Source: Botryllus schlosseri (lineage: Eukaryota). Taken from it: a stretch of 64,000 bases of DNA. Both the position numbers and the translations under genes were made by a program. Positions 40,073 to 53,676 of this stretch are shown piece by piece (position 1 is the first letter of the stretch; each line of letters begins with the position of its first letter). Under the pieces are notes generated by a model. The model did not search any database, had not been told where the DNA came from, and was given only the letters and a program-made list of their open reading frames with translations. The stretch spans positions 35,280,001 to 35,344,000 of the forward strand of contig CM119372.1 of the NCBI GenBank assembly GCA_051294905.1. Direction: 5' to 3'.

Positions 40073-41453
40073 CAGTGTTGGGATGACTCGAGTCATGACT
40101 TGACTCGAGTCAGACTCGAGTCAACTTTTTCGAATGACTTGACTTGACTCGAGTCACTTTGCAAAAATGACTTGACTTGACTTGACTCGGCGCTTCAAAA
40201 ATGTGTATTGACTCGTGACTCGGAGCAAAATTTACGAGTCAATTTCAAGTCATCAAGTTAACGGTGTCGACTAAATCAATGTATTTTGTGCATGTTCGGA
40301 TTTTCCACGATACGCTGTTGTGACTTGTGAGAGCAACCAGTCATTTACTGGTTGTACGTTTCACTGATCCTACATTGTTACATCACAAATACTTTGACCG
40401 CAAATGAAATGATCACAGCTTGCGTTGTCGTAGTAGCAGATTAATTTGATAGCAACTTATCACTGTTTATTGGGCGGCTCTGCTCTTACACTGCACGGTG
40501 CTCACCTTTACCAACCTTCTTGTATGGTTTAAATGGAACAAATATATTTTATGCATTCATATCCTCACGAATGTGTATAGATGGCTAGTGTATTGTACGA
40601 TATCAATTTCCTCCATCTTCTCGAGGCTTCGTATTCGATCCTCTATTTTGGCTGATAATAAGAGAATGTAGCATGTAGTTCAGAGTTGTCCAACTCAACT
40701 GACGTCGCGGGTCGAATTCAAATATTCAGATCACTCGCGGGCCGCAACAATCAAATGATTCCAAAATATTACTAACTCTTAACTCAATATATGCACTTTT
40801 TCGCATTCTCGGAATTGAGTGTCAATGTCAGCGATTTTCTCCTGACGATGACTACAATCAAAACTCCACTGTCGGGTGGTTATAATGTGGCCTATGAATA
40901 TACTCGAAATTTGCTATCTTGAAGGAATATATATTAGTAGTATTTCTTACAAGAAATTCGAGAAATATGTTCGATTAAATCACGCAATTTTCAACATATA
41001 GCCTACTCAGAATTTCTTCGCGGGCCGAATGAAATCATTTGGCGGGTCGTATGTTTGACACCCCTGATGTAGCTATGCAGTTACTGACATATTTTATTAG
41101 CAGTTCTACGTGTGCGGGAGCGATACAACGCATTTTTGCGTGTATATTTAACTTTAAATTCGTTATTTGATTCAAGATTATTGACCAATTGATCTCTTTA
41201 ACACAGCTAGTAAAAGATAAGGAATTTAAATGATCACTCATACTTCGAAAATTCAATTTGACTTGAATTGTGACTTGACTCGTGACTTGACTTGACTTGA
41301 CTTGACTTGACTCGAGTCACCTCCAAAAAACGAGTGACTTGACTTGACTCGAGTCACCTTTGAAAATCTATTGACTTGACTTGACTCGAGTCAAAATGTG
41401 CAATGACTCGAGATGACTCGTGACTCGAAGGTGGTGACTTGATCCCAACACTG
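40073..41453 (-). mobile_element. CAAGT-repeat hAT MITE with nested MITE (40681-41066)
   Basis: TIR CAGTGTTGGGAT / ATCCCAACACTG; TSD ATCTACAT; nested TSD ATGTAGTT/ATGTAGCT. Confidence 0.9.
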
Positions 41454-41690
41454 ATCTACATGCTAAAACTGTTGAACCGATGACGATTTCGAGGGTTCCT
41501 GCTACCCCATATCGTATCCGCCGACTATCATGTGTGCACATCGCCGTACTACATGGTTTTGAGGATGTGTTTACGCAATTACGGTATAATTAGACTGCGT
41601 TTGAAAAAAAACAAGTTTTTTCGTAAAAGGCATTTGTTTAAAACACTGTTTTAAACATGATTTAAACAAAATGTTTTAACACCGTGTTCA

Positions 41691-41951
41691 TTTTTGTTTG
41701 TTTGTTTTTGTGGTATTCGTGGTGTGTGTCGACTACTATAGTCATTTAAACCAGCCCAATTTTGTTCATATGTATTCCGTAGCTGCCGACTTGTAGCACG
41801 GCCCCCTCGTAGGTTTTTTTATAGGACACCGCTAACACGGATGACATGGCGAGCCTAGATAAACCTCCAACACTTAGATAGGAAATCTGGAGTCGACCCG
41901 CAACCCATTGGTGTTGTAGCTGTGGCTTATACCACTGCGCTATCTTACCAC
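41691..41951 (-). mobile_element. tRNA-derived SINE
   Basis: Reverse complement has AGATAGCGCAGTGGT A box, ACACCAATGGGTTGC and a (CAAA)n tail, as in the 21552 copy. Confidence 0.8.
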
Positions 41952-42304
41952 CCCGTTCGTTTTAATGCAACCGTATAGCTACGGCCAGGAAGTTGAAAAG
42001 CATTTCCGCATTGAGTTAGGTCGAATGGCTGATCGGCATCCAACGTTCATTCTGCAATCTGTATGAAATTATCAGTTCATTGATATTTGCACTGGTGTAA
42101 TCCCTGGTAACGTAATTTTTTTATAAATGAGTGGGTGCATATAAAGCTGATATGCCATTGGCAATTAGCTGCCGGTAAGTTAAGATCAGATCCTCTTAAA
42201 CTGCTTAGTGTATTTATCGTAGGCCTATGTGACGAGCAGTTGGGGCATTCACTTGAAAGTAAGCGAACTGTAAATGCATAATTCGTTATCCCCTTTTTCA
42301 TTAG

Positions 42305-42532
42305 GCGACCAAGGATCTCCAACAAGGATTCGTCGCTTGGTGGACAAATATCTGAAAGAAAGCCGCGACAAGTGTTTCGACTACGTATGCGCAAAATTCG
42401 AAGCTCTCGGGGAATGGGTTTCATTCTCACGAGTAAAGATCGGGCTGGATTTGCCGAACAAGATGACAGAAGAAAAAGCTGATGCTCACATTGACCGTCG
42501 CGAAATATTCGAAAAGTGGTTTGAACACTCGG
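42305..42532 (+). CDS. Death-like repeat exon R7 (phase 1-1, 228 nt)
   Basis: ctttttcattAG|GCGAC ... CACTCGG|GTaaac; SPTRIRRLVDKY..KCFDYVCAKF..EWVSFSRVKIGLD...EIFEKWFEHSG. Confidence 0.88.
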
Positions 42533-42773
42533 GTAAACCCTTCCACATACTTTTAAGTCTAAACGTTATTTCCAACAACGTGGTGTTTTCCTATTTGGTT
42601 TGGGAATATATAACAAATTATACCAGTAAAATATCCGTCCGTGGGATGAAGAAGCCGATGAAATTATAACTTTCTGCTACTCGAGACCAAACTCAAATGT
42701 GTCCCGTCTGAATATCGCGTACGATTGACGTATGTCTATTCTCATAAACAGCGATTTTGTATTTATTTCTTAG

Positions 42774-43016
42774 GCTTCGAAATGTCCCCTGAACGAATTC
42801 GCTGCTTAGTTGATGCTCATCATAAAGAAACAATCAACGAGTGCTTCGAATACGTGCGTTCAAAATTGCAATACTACGAGGAATGGGATTCTTTCACTCT
42901 CCTAAAAATAGGAATTGATATTCCGGCACAACTTTCCAAAGACGACCCCACACGCGAGAAGAATAGACCACCTAAACAACTTCGCGAAATATTTGAAAAG
43001 TGGATAGGGCACATTG
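42774..43016 (+). CDS. Death-like repeat exon R8 (phase 1-1, 243 nt)
   Basis: tatttcttAG|GCTTC ... CACATTG|GTaagt; SPERIRCLVDAH..ECFEYVRSKL..EWDSFTLLKIGID...LREIFEKWIGHIG. Confidence 0.88.
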
Positions 43017-44218
43017 GTAAGTAGGCTATGACCTTGGATGGACAAAATTAGGATACAGCGCCTTTTGCATAACTATATACTATACAATGTACTATATCCT
43101 TTACTCGATTCCTTATTAGTAGAGAATAAATCATCCCTAAATGATACTCCGAAATGATATGCTTGATTTGGTGATGTGGATCCGATGATATATTGGGACG
43201 GAGATATGGGCATAGCTCTCTCTCTCTTCATATCACAATTTTTCATCATGCGCTTGTTGATATATGAGCCAATGCCCACGCAGCCTTGCTTAAGTTAGAA
43301 TATTGAGGTACGCTGACCATAACACCATGTCAACCTATTTGTTTCATTTAACCGTTTATGATTCACAATTAGAAGACAACGGTCCGTCTACAACGGTAGG
43401 CCTATACAGGCTGTAAAATATCGAATGAAAAGTTAACCGACAGTGTAAACATTTACGATACAAAATAAATGTAGGTTGCTTTGCAAAATAAATTTGAGTT
43501 TGTTAACAATTTTGACAACTTTATGACCTGACGCTACAATTTTGAGTAATATTTTGACTTTTTTGACATGAAAAACAAAATCGCTCTATATATAACAAAT
43601 CTGTGATGTGGTAGATTTTTGTGAATCAACAAACATATGGCGTTCCGCCAAGGCTTGTAAATTAGCGTGAGTGTTTCGCGAAAATGTTCACCTTGACCCT
43701 TGATTACTTTGCAAAGATAAAACAGAACAATTCTTACACTGACTATACTTCACTCAAGAAAATCGGAAACGTTGAAGTGTCTGCAAGCATGAAAATATAC
43801 TCAATTTCAGAGACTGAAAGAATTGGTTATCAAAGAAAAAGTATTTCATGTCGCACTGTGTCCAAGGCCGAAACAGCACTTCATCACCAACCCGTAAAAT
43901 CAATGGTCTTGTGTCCCCCATTTTGTGATAAACAAAACTTACTGGGGGGTTTGTTCCCCAGATCCCCCCCATCAGGATATACATTTTTTTACCGCTGCTA
44001 CCAATTATTGAATCCGGTTACGTCGAATATTCGCGCGGTGCGCGAAAAATTAATGCAATTCATGTTTGAAATGATTAATAATATTGGGATTGGCATATTA
44101 ATTGCTCTAATAGAGCTGAGTGAGGTGTTGTCTTGGAAAATGTAGGACCCGTCAATGTTTATATTCAAACATATTCGGATGGTCCAGATGATATACTGAC
44201 TTCGCTACGGCTACATGA

Positions 44219-45317
44219 CAGTGTTGGGATCAAGTCACTACCTTCGGGTCACGAGTCATTTCGAGTCATCGCACATTTTAACTCGAATCAAGTCAAGTCA
44301 ATCGATTTTCGAAGGTGACTCGAGTCAAGTCGAGTCAAGTCAAGTCAAGTCAAGTCAAGTCAAGTCACGAGTCAAGTCAAGTCAAGTTGTCTTTTCGAAG
44401 GATGAGGCATGATTACGTGAATGAATTTGGCGAGCTGTCTGAAATCAAGATTGAGTGGTCATTGATTCCGGACCGATGGACGAATAGAGTTAAATGTATG
44501 CGCAATAAGGCGTTGTATCGCTCATATACGTAGAACATACGTAGGACTGACTCTTTGGGGTAGAGAACTTCAACATACATTTTAATATTATATTCATAGT
44601 AAAATATATTAAAACCCGAAGCTTTTCGAGCTGACACTTTTCAAGGGCAATCGTCACCAAATGGAGAATTTCAAAAACATGCATCTAGCTACATTGCATA
44701 CAACCAACGTAGAACTGTTAAACTACGTAATTAATTACAGATAGCCCCAGTTTATAGTTACCAGCAAAATAGAGAATAGAGAATAGAGAAAAGATTTGAT
44801 AAAATGCAATACATTACCCATTTACTAATTGATATGGTATTATTCGAGCCCGCGCAAATGGTTGAGGACTTTATAAACTATATTCTAATTAAATTTCAAC
44901 AAAGCAAGAGGTTTTGTAAAGGTAAAAACACAGATAAGGAATAGACATTTTGCTACTAAATTAATTTCCTACTAGTTTAGGACAACGTATGCCGTAAGAT
45001 TCGGTCACTTCGTTTGCGGTCAATTTATTTGTGAGAAAACAATGGAGGTTAATTAAAACACACGATCATTGAATGATTCGTCGCTCTCTCGGGATACACC
45101 AGCGTTTCGGGAACAGTCCGAACATATGCATGATATGGTGATTTTTATCGACACCGATTTCTTGATGACTTGACATTGACTCGTGGATTTTGCTCCGAGT
45201 CACGAGTCAATCGACATATCTGATATGCCGAGTCAAGTCAAGTCAAGTCATTTTAGCAAAGTGACTCGAGTCAAGTCGAGTCATACGAAGAAAGTGACTC
45301 GAGTCCTCCCAACACTG
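44219..45317 (+). mobile_element. CAAGT-repeat hAT MITE
   Basis: TIR CAGTGTTGGGA / TCCCAACACTG; TSD CTACATGA. Confidence 0.9.
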
Positions 45318-45629
45318 CTACATGATTATATTTCTTGATTTCTTGTCTGCTATGTCAAAAGATATTGGAATCGCCCAAACGCACGAAACTAAATGACTCA
45401 CACGATTTCAAATTGGTATTTCCCCACTGGCATATAATTTGTGTTCATTCACGAAATCATTTCGTGCCCATCCGAGGTCTCCGCCAATGGGGTTTGAGGT
45501 GCGGCGGTTACGGTTCTGACTGTGTCATCGGAGCCACATCGCCCCCTATTGATACGACATGATCATCGTACACAAGTGTTAAGATCAAAATGTATAATTC
45601 GTGCGTATTGTTTTCAATCTGAACAAAAG

Positions 45630-45857
45630 GGTCGCCCGCAAGACTCCGTAGCATGGTAGATGAATATACGAAGGAAATGCTCGAAGAGTGTTTTGAGTAT
45701 ACACGTTCTGCATTCCTAAATGATGACGAATGGGCTGCGTTCACACATTCGGAAATCGGTCTGGATCGGTCGGTGCTTTCAAATAACGATACCAATGTGG
45801 AGCCAAACAACCCAATCAAACTTCGCAAACTTTACGAGACTTGGTTAGAACACCTCG
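45630..45857 (+). CDS. Death-like repeat exon R9 (phase 1-1, 228 nt)
   Basis: gaacaaaAG|GGTCG (weak purine-rich acceptor) ... CACCTCG|GTaagt; SPARLRSMVDEY..ECFEYTRSAF..EWAAFTHSEIGLD...LRKLYETWLEHLG. Confidence 0.82.
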
Positions 45858-46148
45858 GTAAGTACGACAGAGGTTTTCGGTTTCGACCTTCTCTGTAAAA
45901 ATTTCGTCAAAGCACGTCATACATGCGATATATAAAAAGGATACGTAGAGTAAAAATGACGAGTTATTGCGAACTAAACCTATAGTCACCGCAGATGAAA
46001 TTCACTCTCGTGTATCATCAGTGTCATCCTCTTCTAGTACAAAAAACATCGAACTGTATCACTTTCTCACATTATCATGAAATGCATCACGTATTTCACA
46101 CAGTAATTGTAATTTATAATTTTCAAGTCAACATTGTTTTGTCTAAAC

Positions 46149-46533
46149 CAGTGGTTCCCAACATGGGCGATGTTGGGAATCAATGGGGCGAAAATACCAA
46201 AGGGGGTGACAGGTGGCGCTGGGGGGCGAAAACATAATAATGACCGTTGAGATATATTTAACAATCATGGCCAAAATGCACTTGAATGCGGATTTTTCTG
46301 CATATGACGCGAGGAAAAGGTCAACTATAGGCGCCAAGTAGACGTGAAAACCGGTTCTCCGAACACCTACTCTGAAAAATTATCTGTTTTTTTAGTCAAT
46401 TCAGAAGCGATCAGAGTTAGGTGAACCAATATCCAGTTTATATGTCCTCATTTTCGGAAACGTATATATGGGGGCGAAAATTACTATCGAGCTTGATAAG
46501 GGAGCGATGAGTCGAAAAAGGTTGGGAACCATG
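46149..46533. mobile_element. hAT-type MITE
   Basis: CAGTGGTTCCCAAC / GTTGGGAACCATG; TSD GTCTAAAC/GCCTAAAC. Confidence 0.75.
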
Positions 46534-47447
46534 GGCCTAAACTTTAATCGGAAGGAAATCCTAATTCCTGCAATCAAATTTCGAACGCCATTATTGGCTG
46601 CTGTGCATTTCTTTGTACACAATATGCAACATTGCTGCTAAACACCAACAGATGATAGCACCTAATTTCTTTGGTTTAACTAACAAACAACCACAAGATG
46701 ACTATAGAATGAAAAGATAGGAAGTTGTGGAAACGACTTTGATTAGTCTTCGAAACCATACACCCAGATAGGTATTTTCCGTAACTAATATGTGATACAT
46801 TCACTACCGATTACGCCAATAACTAGCACCTTCGCCCAAAACCTATATATATTCCGCTCATTTAAAACACATGACCTCACATGCGAAAAGCCTTATCGCC
46901 ATGAAATAAATGAAGGCCGCATCTGAACACCCGTAAGCAGAGGTGGGTCATTATGAATGTACTTCAACGTCATCAGAGTACTCAAATAGTTCCGGCTTAT
47001 TACCCAAATTTCCCAAGTGGTTATGATTTTGGAAACTTTCGACATTTACAGTTCTCTGCTCTTTTGACAAAAACTTGGCACAAAATAATTACTTTTTTAC
47101 TCCTCTGGAAATGGCTAATGTTCTCCGACTATTATGTTGTTAGTTCCCAAAATTTGCCGGTATTTTCGACCTCTCGTGGGCGATACGATATTTCTTTCAA
47201 AGTGCAGTATTGATTCGATATTATCGGCGAACCGTTAATCGGTCGAGTTGTAATTTTAGCCATTGAATATGATGTCTTACACATATCTACTTATTACTCA
47301 TACCACTCCGGTTTCTATGCTTTCAGTGCTAAAACTAAAAAATACATTATTGAAAATCAAAATAAATACCTTATTACAGTGGTTCTTGACTGGATTAATA
47401 GAAAACCACAGGGATTTCCCGAATTCGTCTCAGGGCTTCCGCTAGAG

Positions 47448-48099
47448 CAGTGGTTCCTAACGGTGGAGAATTCCCCAGTGATGGGGAATTCAATGGTTTC
47501 CAGTGGGGAATAGACGCATTTGTTAAACATAATATATAATATAGTATACTGATTTACGAAGAAACCTACGCGATAACCGTTACCAGTTAACTGCTCTGGG
47601 AAATATGTATCGAAAATTATACAGTCTCTTGTTCACTAAAACTATTTTCTAACTCTGGATAACCAATGACGGCGTCCCAAACGCTTCCAGCACGAGCAGT
47701 ATGACGTGAAATAACGCTTTTGCTAAATTTTGAGAGTTACCGGTATCGGCTCATAATACGTTTTATGTTTTAGTTATAGGCGATTGTCTTGCGTATTGGT
47801 GTGGTTGTGCGTCTGGTGTATCCAAACAAGCAGCGAACGTCAGAGTTTAGTGGAAAATCGGGAGCCGAGTCAAATTAATTACCTTTATTTTAGTCAACAC
47901 AATATATTTTTGGTCGAAAAATTTTCAGAATCACCAGTTTTCTAGGAGCTTTGATGGTTTATAAAAAGTGTTCTCTTTTGGGATGTCAGAATATGGTAAC
48001 CCTATTTCAAAGGGCGTATGGGAGTTTTGGGTAGTGGGGAATGAAGACTCGGAATAAATCTGGAGCGGGGAATGAAGACAAAAAGATTGGGAACCACAT
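47448..48099. mobile_element. hAT-type MITE
   Basis: CAGTGGTTCCTAA / TTGGGAACCAC; TSD CGCTAGAG. Confidence 0.75.
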
Positions 48100-48427
48100 C
48101 GCTAGAGGTCAAGCCACACAATCATCTCGTATATATGATTAGCGACAATACGCTTGTCTTGATTATCATTAGCGGCAGACCATTATATGCGCAGTAGGTT
48201 GTCGAATTTGCGACCCTTGTTATGTATGAGGGAAGGGCCGGGGTATCCAGGGTAGGTTGGGGTTCGACCTCGAAACCACGTTATTTTGAAATACTGATAA
48301 TATATGTTCAGTATCTATTAGCTCATTTGTAATTAAGAAATTGCTGAACAATGAGTAGGCGCTTTTTAAGGCGAAGCCTCGTATGTCCAACGGGTATCCT
48401 GGAGGAAATAGCAATGAATCAATACGC

Positions 48428-49158
48428 CAGTGGTTCCCAACCGGGGGGGGGGGGATTCCCTTCTTGGGGGTATTTTTGAATTTTTTAGGGGGGAATCTGG
48501 CTTAATATTTTCAGGGGATATCTGGCTTTGGCATTGTATCGGAAGATACACTATCTTCACAAGTTTGTTAGATTTGTATGGTATAGAACTGTTAGGTAGA
48601 AATTAGTTCTTTACAATTGTATGTTTCTTTGGCGGATTTAATGCTAGGTATATGTTTAAATGCCTTCCGTAGATATTACACCTTCTGAGAAAACGACGCT
48701 CACGAGCCTATATCGTTGGGTCCGCGACAGCCACTCGACCAAAATGCTACTAAACAGGAAAACGTCAAGCCGAATTCAGCACAACGCCGCTGATGAAATT
48801 GTTTAACTTTTCAAGTCAACATATGAGCTAACGTGAAAAACATACCGTACAAAATCCATCGATTCGAATCAAGTCCATAGCAAGCGGACTTGGTGATTTA
48901 TTTTTCGTCAGCGGCTACCCGGCCGATCAAGAACAGGTCAAGTTTGACTGTACTTCACTAAAGTTTAGTGCTGTCCGTATTCGCCATAGTTCGGACATAT
49001 CAGAATATCTTGGCCATTAATTGCTTAATCAACAAATGGTTACGCGTTAAAAAGCTCATTTTTTAGTCACAGGTAACTTTTTCATAAGGAGGGGGGGGGA
49101 ATTTTAGCTCAAATGTCGGCCAAGGGGGGCACGATACGAAAAAGGTTGGGAACCACTG
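48428..49158. mobile_element. hAT-type MITE
   Basis: CAGTGGTTCCCAACC / GGTTGGGAACCACTG; TSD CAATACGC. Confidence 0.85.
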
Positions 49159-49813
49159 CAATACGCTATCGAATACGCACGATGATTTGGTTACCCTATT
49201 ATGGATCATAGAGTTGCAACGGCCAACACGCAGTGCAGAGTATTATCATACCAATGCAGCTGTATGCACTGCCAGCCAGACCTACCTGCAATTGTAGATA
49301 TGCAGTTGTAACTTATTACGTAACATGGGCGTCAAAAGTTCTAATGTGATAACAAATAAGTCGTTACCGGAATTAGGTATCATTTTGGGTTTATATATTT
49401 GTAAATGTCACTGTAACAGCTCAGTGTCTCACCATCTATGAATTTTGCCGCACGTCACTGAAAGTTAAAAACCACTGCAATACAAACTATGGCTAGATTT
49501 TTAACTTTCTACCCCACTGTCATTTACCAGATGACAACGTTTGACCCTTGCGCTTACTTGATTGGTTCATATCAGTATTGGTAAATAATCGTATTACCCT
49601 ACTATCTTTCACGACTCAAGGTTGTTTTACGTGTTCGTACATAGGTTTAAATTCTCGAAGTGGGTATATAGATGTTATGGATGAAAAAATCTTCTCTTCT
49701 CTTTGGCTTTGAAAGATGAACAATATAAATTATAAAACCTCAGAAAATTGATCATGTAGTAATTTGCGTTATGTCTGTCTTTTTCCTTGATGTGATAATT
49801 TTTCTTTCAATAG

Positions 49814-50056
49814 GAACTAATGCATCATCAATCACGATTCGTCAGATGGTGAATCAATATCAGAGCAAAAGACTTGGAAATTGTTTTAAATTTTTGACGT
49901 CACGATTTCAAGATTACGACGAATTAGTCGATTTTTCACGCTCCCAAATTGGAATAGATCTGCCTGAACCTTTCCTAAGTGGTGCGAGCAAGAGGAAGAC
50001 AAGTAATGGTATATTCCAACATTGGAACGCATTCGAAAAGTGGATGAATCACATGG
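49814..50056 (+). CDS. Death-like repeat exon R10 (phase 1-1, 243 nt)
   Basis: tttctttcaatAG|GAACT ... CACATGG|GTgagc; ASSITIRQMVNQY..NCFKFLTSRF..ELVDFSRSQIGID...AFEKWMNHMG. Confidence 0.88.
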
Positions 50057-53000
50057 GTGAGCATGTTACTGTCGTGACTATACAGTATACATTGGGGTTA
50101 CCATATTTTTGTGATGCAAATTCCGGACACTCTTTAGCTTTACACTGAGGTATGGACGCATTGCCAGTCAATATTACGCCATACTAGCAAAGCTTCACCT
50201 GTCAACTGTATATAGCAGTGGTTCTCAATCGCCGTTCGCGTTTCCTACGTGTCTCGCTTGATGGCTATCATACCCATGACAGTGAAGTCGAAGTCGTTTT
50301 ATGTATGTAATATTTCCTGAATTCCCAGCAATACTTTATTTTTCCTCGATCCTGAGTAGCAAGCACTGTGCACAATAAGTGACACTAGCGTAAAAGTTGT
50401 TACAACAATGTTGTTTTTGGTTGAGGAAGTGAAAAAGTAATGATAATAAAGAAAGTATTTTGCCTCATCTGACTCACTTTTATACGTATTTCATGTAAAA
50501 CCAGAACACATGACTTTGTTAGACTGTAATCTATTGAATCAGAATTTATATAGTAATCTGACCACATATATTTGCATAACATCCTTTGAGCGCTGTAACT
50601 TGCTTACGACGAACTAAATTTCAGTTCATTTGTTTCGGAAAATCTTATGTCATTTTGCACTTTTTCCATTATCGGAATTATGTGTGGATGTCTCATACTT
50701 GCAAAACGAAAAATTGCCACTGCGGGGCGGCTATAATGTAGCGTAGGAACTTAGGATTGTTCAAAAATGGCCTTTTATCTCAAATTCTACTGGCTACTTG
50801 ACAGAATTGTTGGGTTACCTGATTGAAGCGTGCACACCAAATTTGGTTCAATTCCAACCAGTGGCAGGTGTGCATGCTTTAATTTGGTAACCTAACAATT
50901 TTTATCAAGTATCCGGTAAAATTAAGGGAAAAAAGTCATTTGTGAACACCCCTATTGAACATGCTCAACTTTGCTTGCCTTGAGGACATATTTACTTAGG
51001 AGGATTTCGCATTAAAAATCCGTCTCTTTGACGGAAGTGTGCTGGGTGATACAGACGTAATATGTTAATATTATTATCAGTCATTCAGTAAATCGCACTC
51101 GGGAGGTGACGTTTTGTTTTTGTTTTTGGGGTATTCATGGTGTTTGTCGACTACTATGGTCATTTACACCAGGCCGATATTCTTCTTATTTTTCGTAACT
51201 GCCGACTTATAGCACGGCCCACCTCTAGACTTTTGTAAGACACCGCTGACACGGATGAGGTGGCGATGAGGAGCCTAGGTAAACCTCGGGAGGTGACGTG
51301 AGTCCACTCTTCCGTACAGAGACTGTGATCACAGTGCTATAAATTAATACATCAGAGGCCCTACACTCGAGGTGAGCATGGTGCGGTTGAACGGTCGATG
51401 GATTGGTTGCTTATAAGTAATTGATTGATTGATTAGTCGATCGCTCGACACCGTGTTACGGCCCATTGCCCACAATGGGTGGCGACATATCGACAGCAAT
51501 ACGTTCCACGGCTGTAACACCAATGTGTTATGAGTTCGACCGACGACGATTTGGGAAAAAAATCATGTCAATGGACAGTATAGATCAGCGGTCCGAAACA
51601 TATGACTCGCAAGCCATAGATGGCTCTTTTGGGTATAAGATATGACTCTTTGCCAAACATTTTTTTTTACTGAATTGATCAATATTACGGCAAATTATTA
51701 GTAAATTTTCATCACGACGAGAATAATTATTCTCGTGACCGTATAAAAATGTATTTGAGAGGTAAAGACAATGTCGTCTTCGGGGTTAGGGACTCGGGCC
51801 CCCTTTTCACAATCCCAAAATCTAAATTACTGTCGCTCCGGCAACCAATATCACTCGCAATTTCGATGTACCCGACTCGAAATCTTGGATTGCACGATAC
51901 AACGTTTTTCTCAAATACACGCTGTCTGCCTAATCTACGGCGAGAAATAAACTGCCTTGAAGTGACATTCAGAATTACAATTAAACTCTAATTACAAACA
52001 ACGTCATAGCTATCCACGTTCTTGATTGGTAAGTCGCTTTGTAGTTCCGGTGATCAAAATTTAGGCGTTATATGTTCCCGCTGAATACTTCGAGAATTGC
52101 TTGCCTTCAGGACATATTTACTTGGTAGGATTTCGCATTAAAAATCCGTCTCTGTGACGGAATGTTCCCGCCGAATACTTTGAGAATTGAGAAGTCGATC
52201 AGTATTTAGATTTTTAGAATCAGTGCGACAGTTACATTCGATTATTTACAGTCATTACAAATTCTAAGCTATTTACGATGAATAGCGGTAGTAATGGCGA
52301 GTGTTTGCCTTACCTCTCGTTGTGGGCTTTATTTTCGAAAAATAATAAATATGCAAATCGCCTAATTTTGGGAGTAAAATGTTCAAAATCCAGTCATTCA
52401 TCGACATCGATAGAAAATACCAATAGTTATTGAAGGTTTCAAAATTTTCGCTCTCTCATCCTGACGGCAGGTGAGGCACTAGGTCACTTGCCTCCCCTGA
52501 CCACACGTCACTGATGTATCACAACTTAAACTGGGTATATACTGCTGTAGTGACCAGGTTTAGCTTGACTCACGCATGTTATCATGGGTTCTCGCATTTA
52601 TAAGGAGCACCACGACGAAGCTACGTTCTCGTAACTCAAGTTTCGCATACCAGTACGCTTAGTAGGACTTTAAAAAGAGAAAACGAGGCGCACACGACGA
52701 ATCCGATGTAGTGAGTTTGCATAAGTGATGTCATGGCGTCGAGAATTGTCAATTGGGACGTACTAGTTGATTGTCATGTATGGAATTTCTGGAGTTGAAA
52801 TCGAAAAAAATGGGCCAATATGGCTCTTCGGACGCAATAGGTTCCCGACCACTGGTATGTAGATGATAGATAGTCAATGTTGACCGATCGACAATGAATA
52901 TAGATACTGAAGTTATTCAGCGAATTCATTCCATAACTTTGAAATAATTTCGCGTTTCGTACGGACGCGAACCTTTGTGAATGGTTCTTTGTGAACGCGA

Positions 53001-53676
53001 ACGTTAACCTCATGACGCCACGTGACGTCATATTGCTAATTCCAACCCTACATTTCTGTGAAGTGATTGATATTAATGTACAGAATACCTAGAGACGACT
53101 CGGGCTACATAATGCCGCAATTCTGATGTATGACATACTGACTTCTTAAACGTCGTCAAATGAGTAATCTGTCGCGAACTAGAGCAATCAAATGATACAA
53201 TAATCCCATAAAATCAATATCTTCCGTGGCTTTGCCAACAATTTCGACGAGTACTCGCAAGGGAATACAAGCTTACGTTTTAAAGGGGCACCGCCCTCTA
53301 AATATGATGAGGCCTCATATTGAAGGGAAAAACGAAAAAAAAAATATGCCGCAGCTATTTCGTTCAGAATTCCACCGTAATGGAGCGGCAATTTATAGAA
53401 ATTTCCAAAGTACCTTCACGGTCCAGCTGTCGCGGCTGCGCGTCATTCTTTAACCCGTTATATGGCACCATGTCTTCACCGTCGCACTTGCTCGACGCGA
53501 ATATGCAGCCACGCAGGCAACGAACTTTAGATAGTTGGAAACCGATGTTATGAAGGAAATATGTCATCAACTATCTATCAACTATCTATCAACCTGCTCT
53601 TGTCACCAAGATCTTTCCTGTCACTGGTGATATGTGAGATTCGATTGACTTCGCTAAATATCTACATTGAATTATT

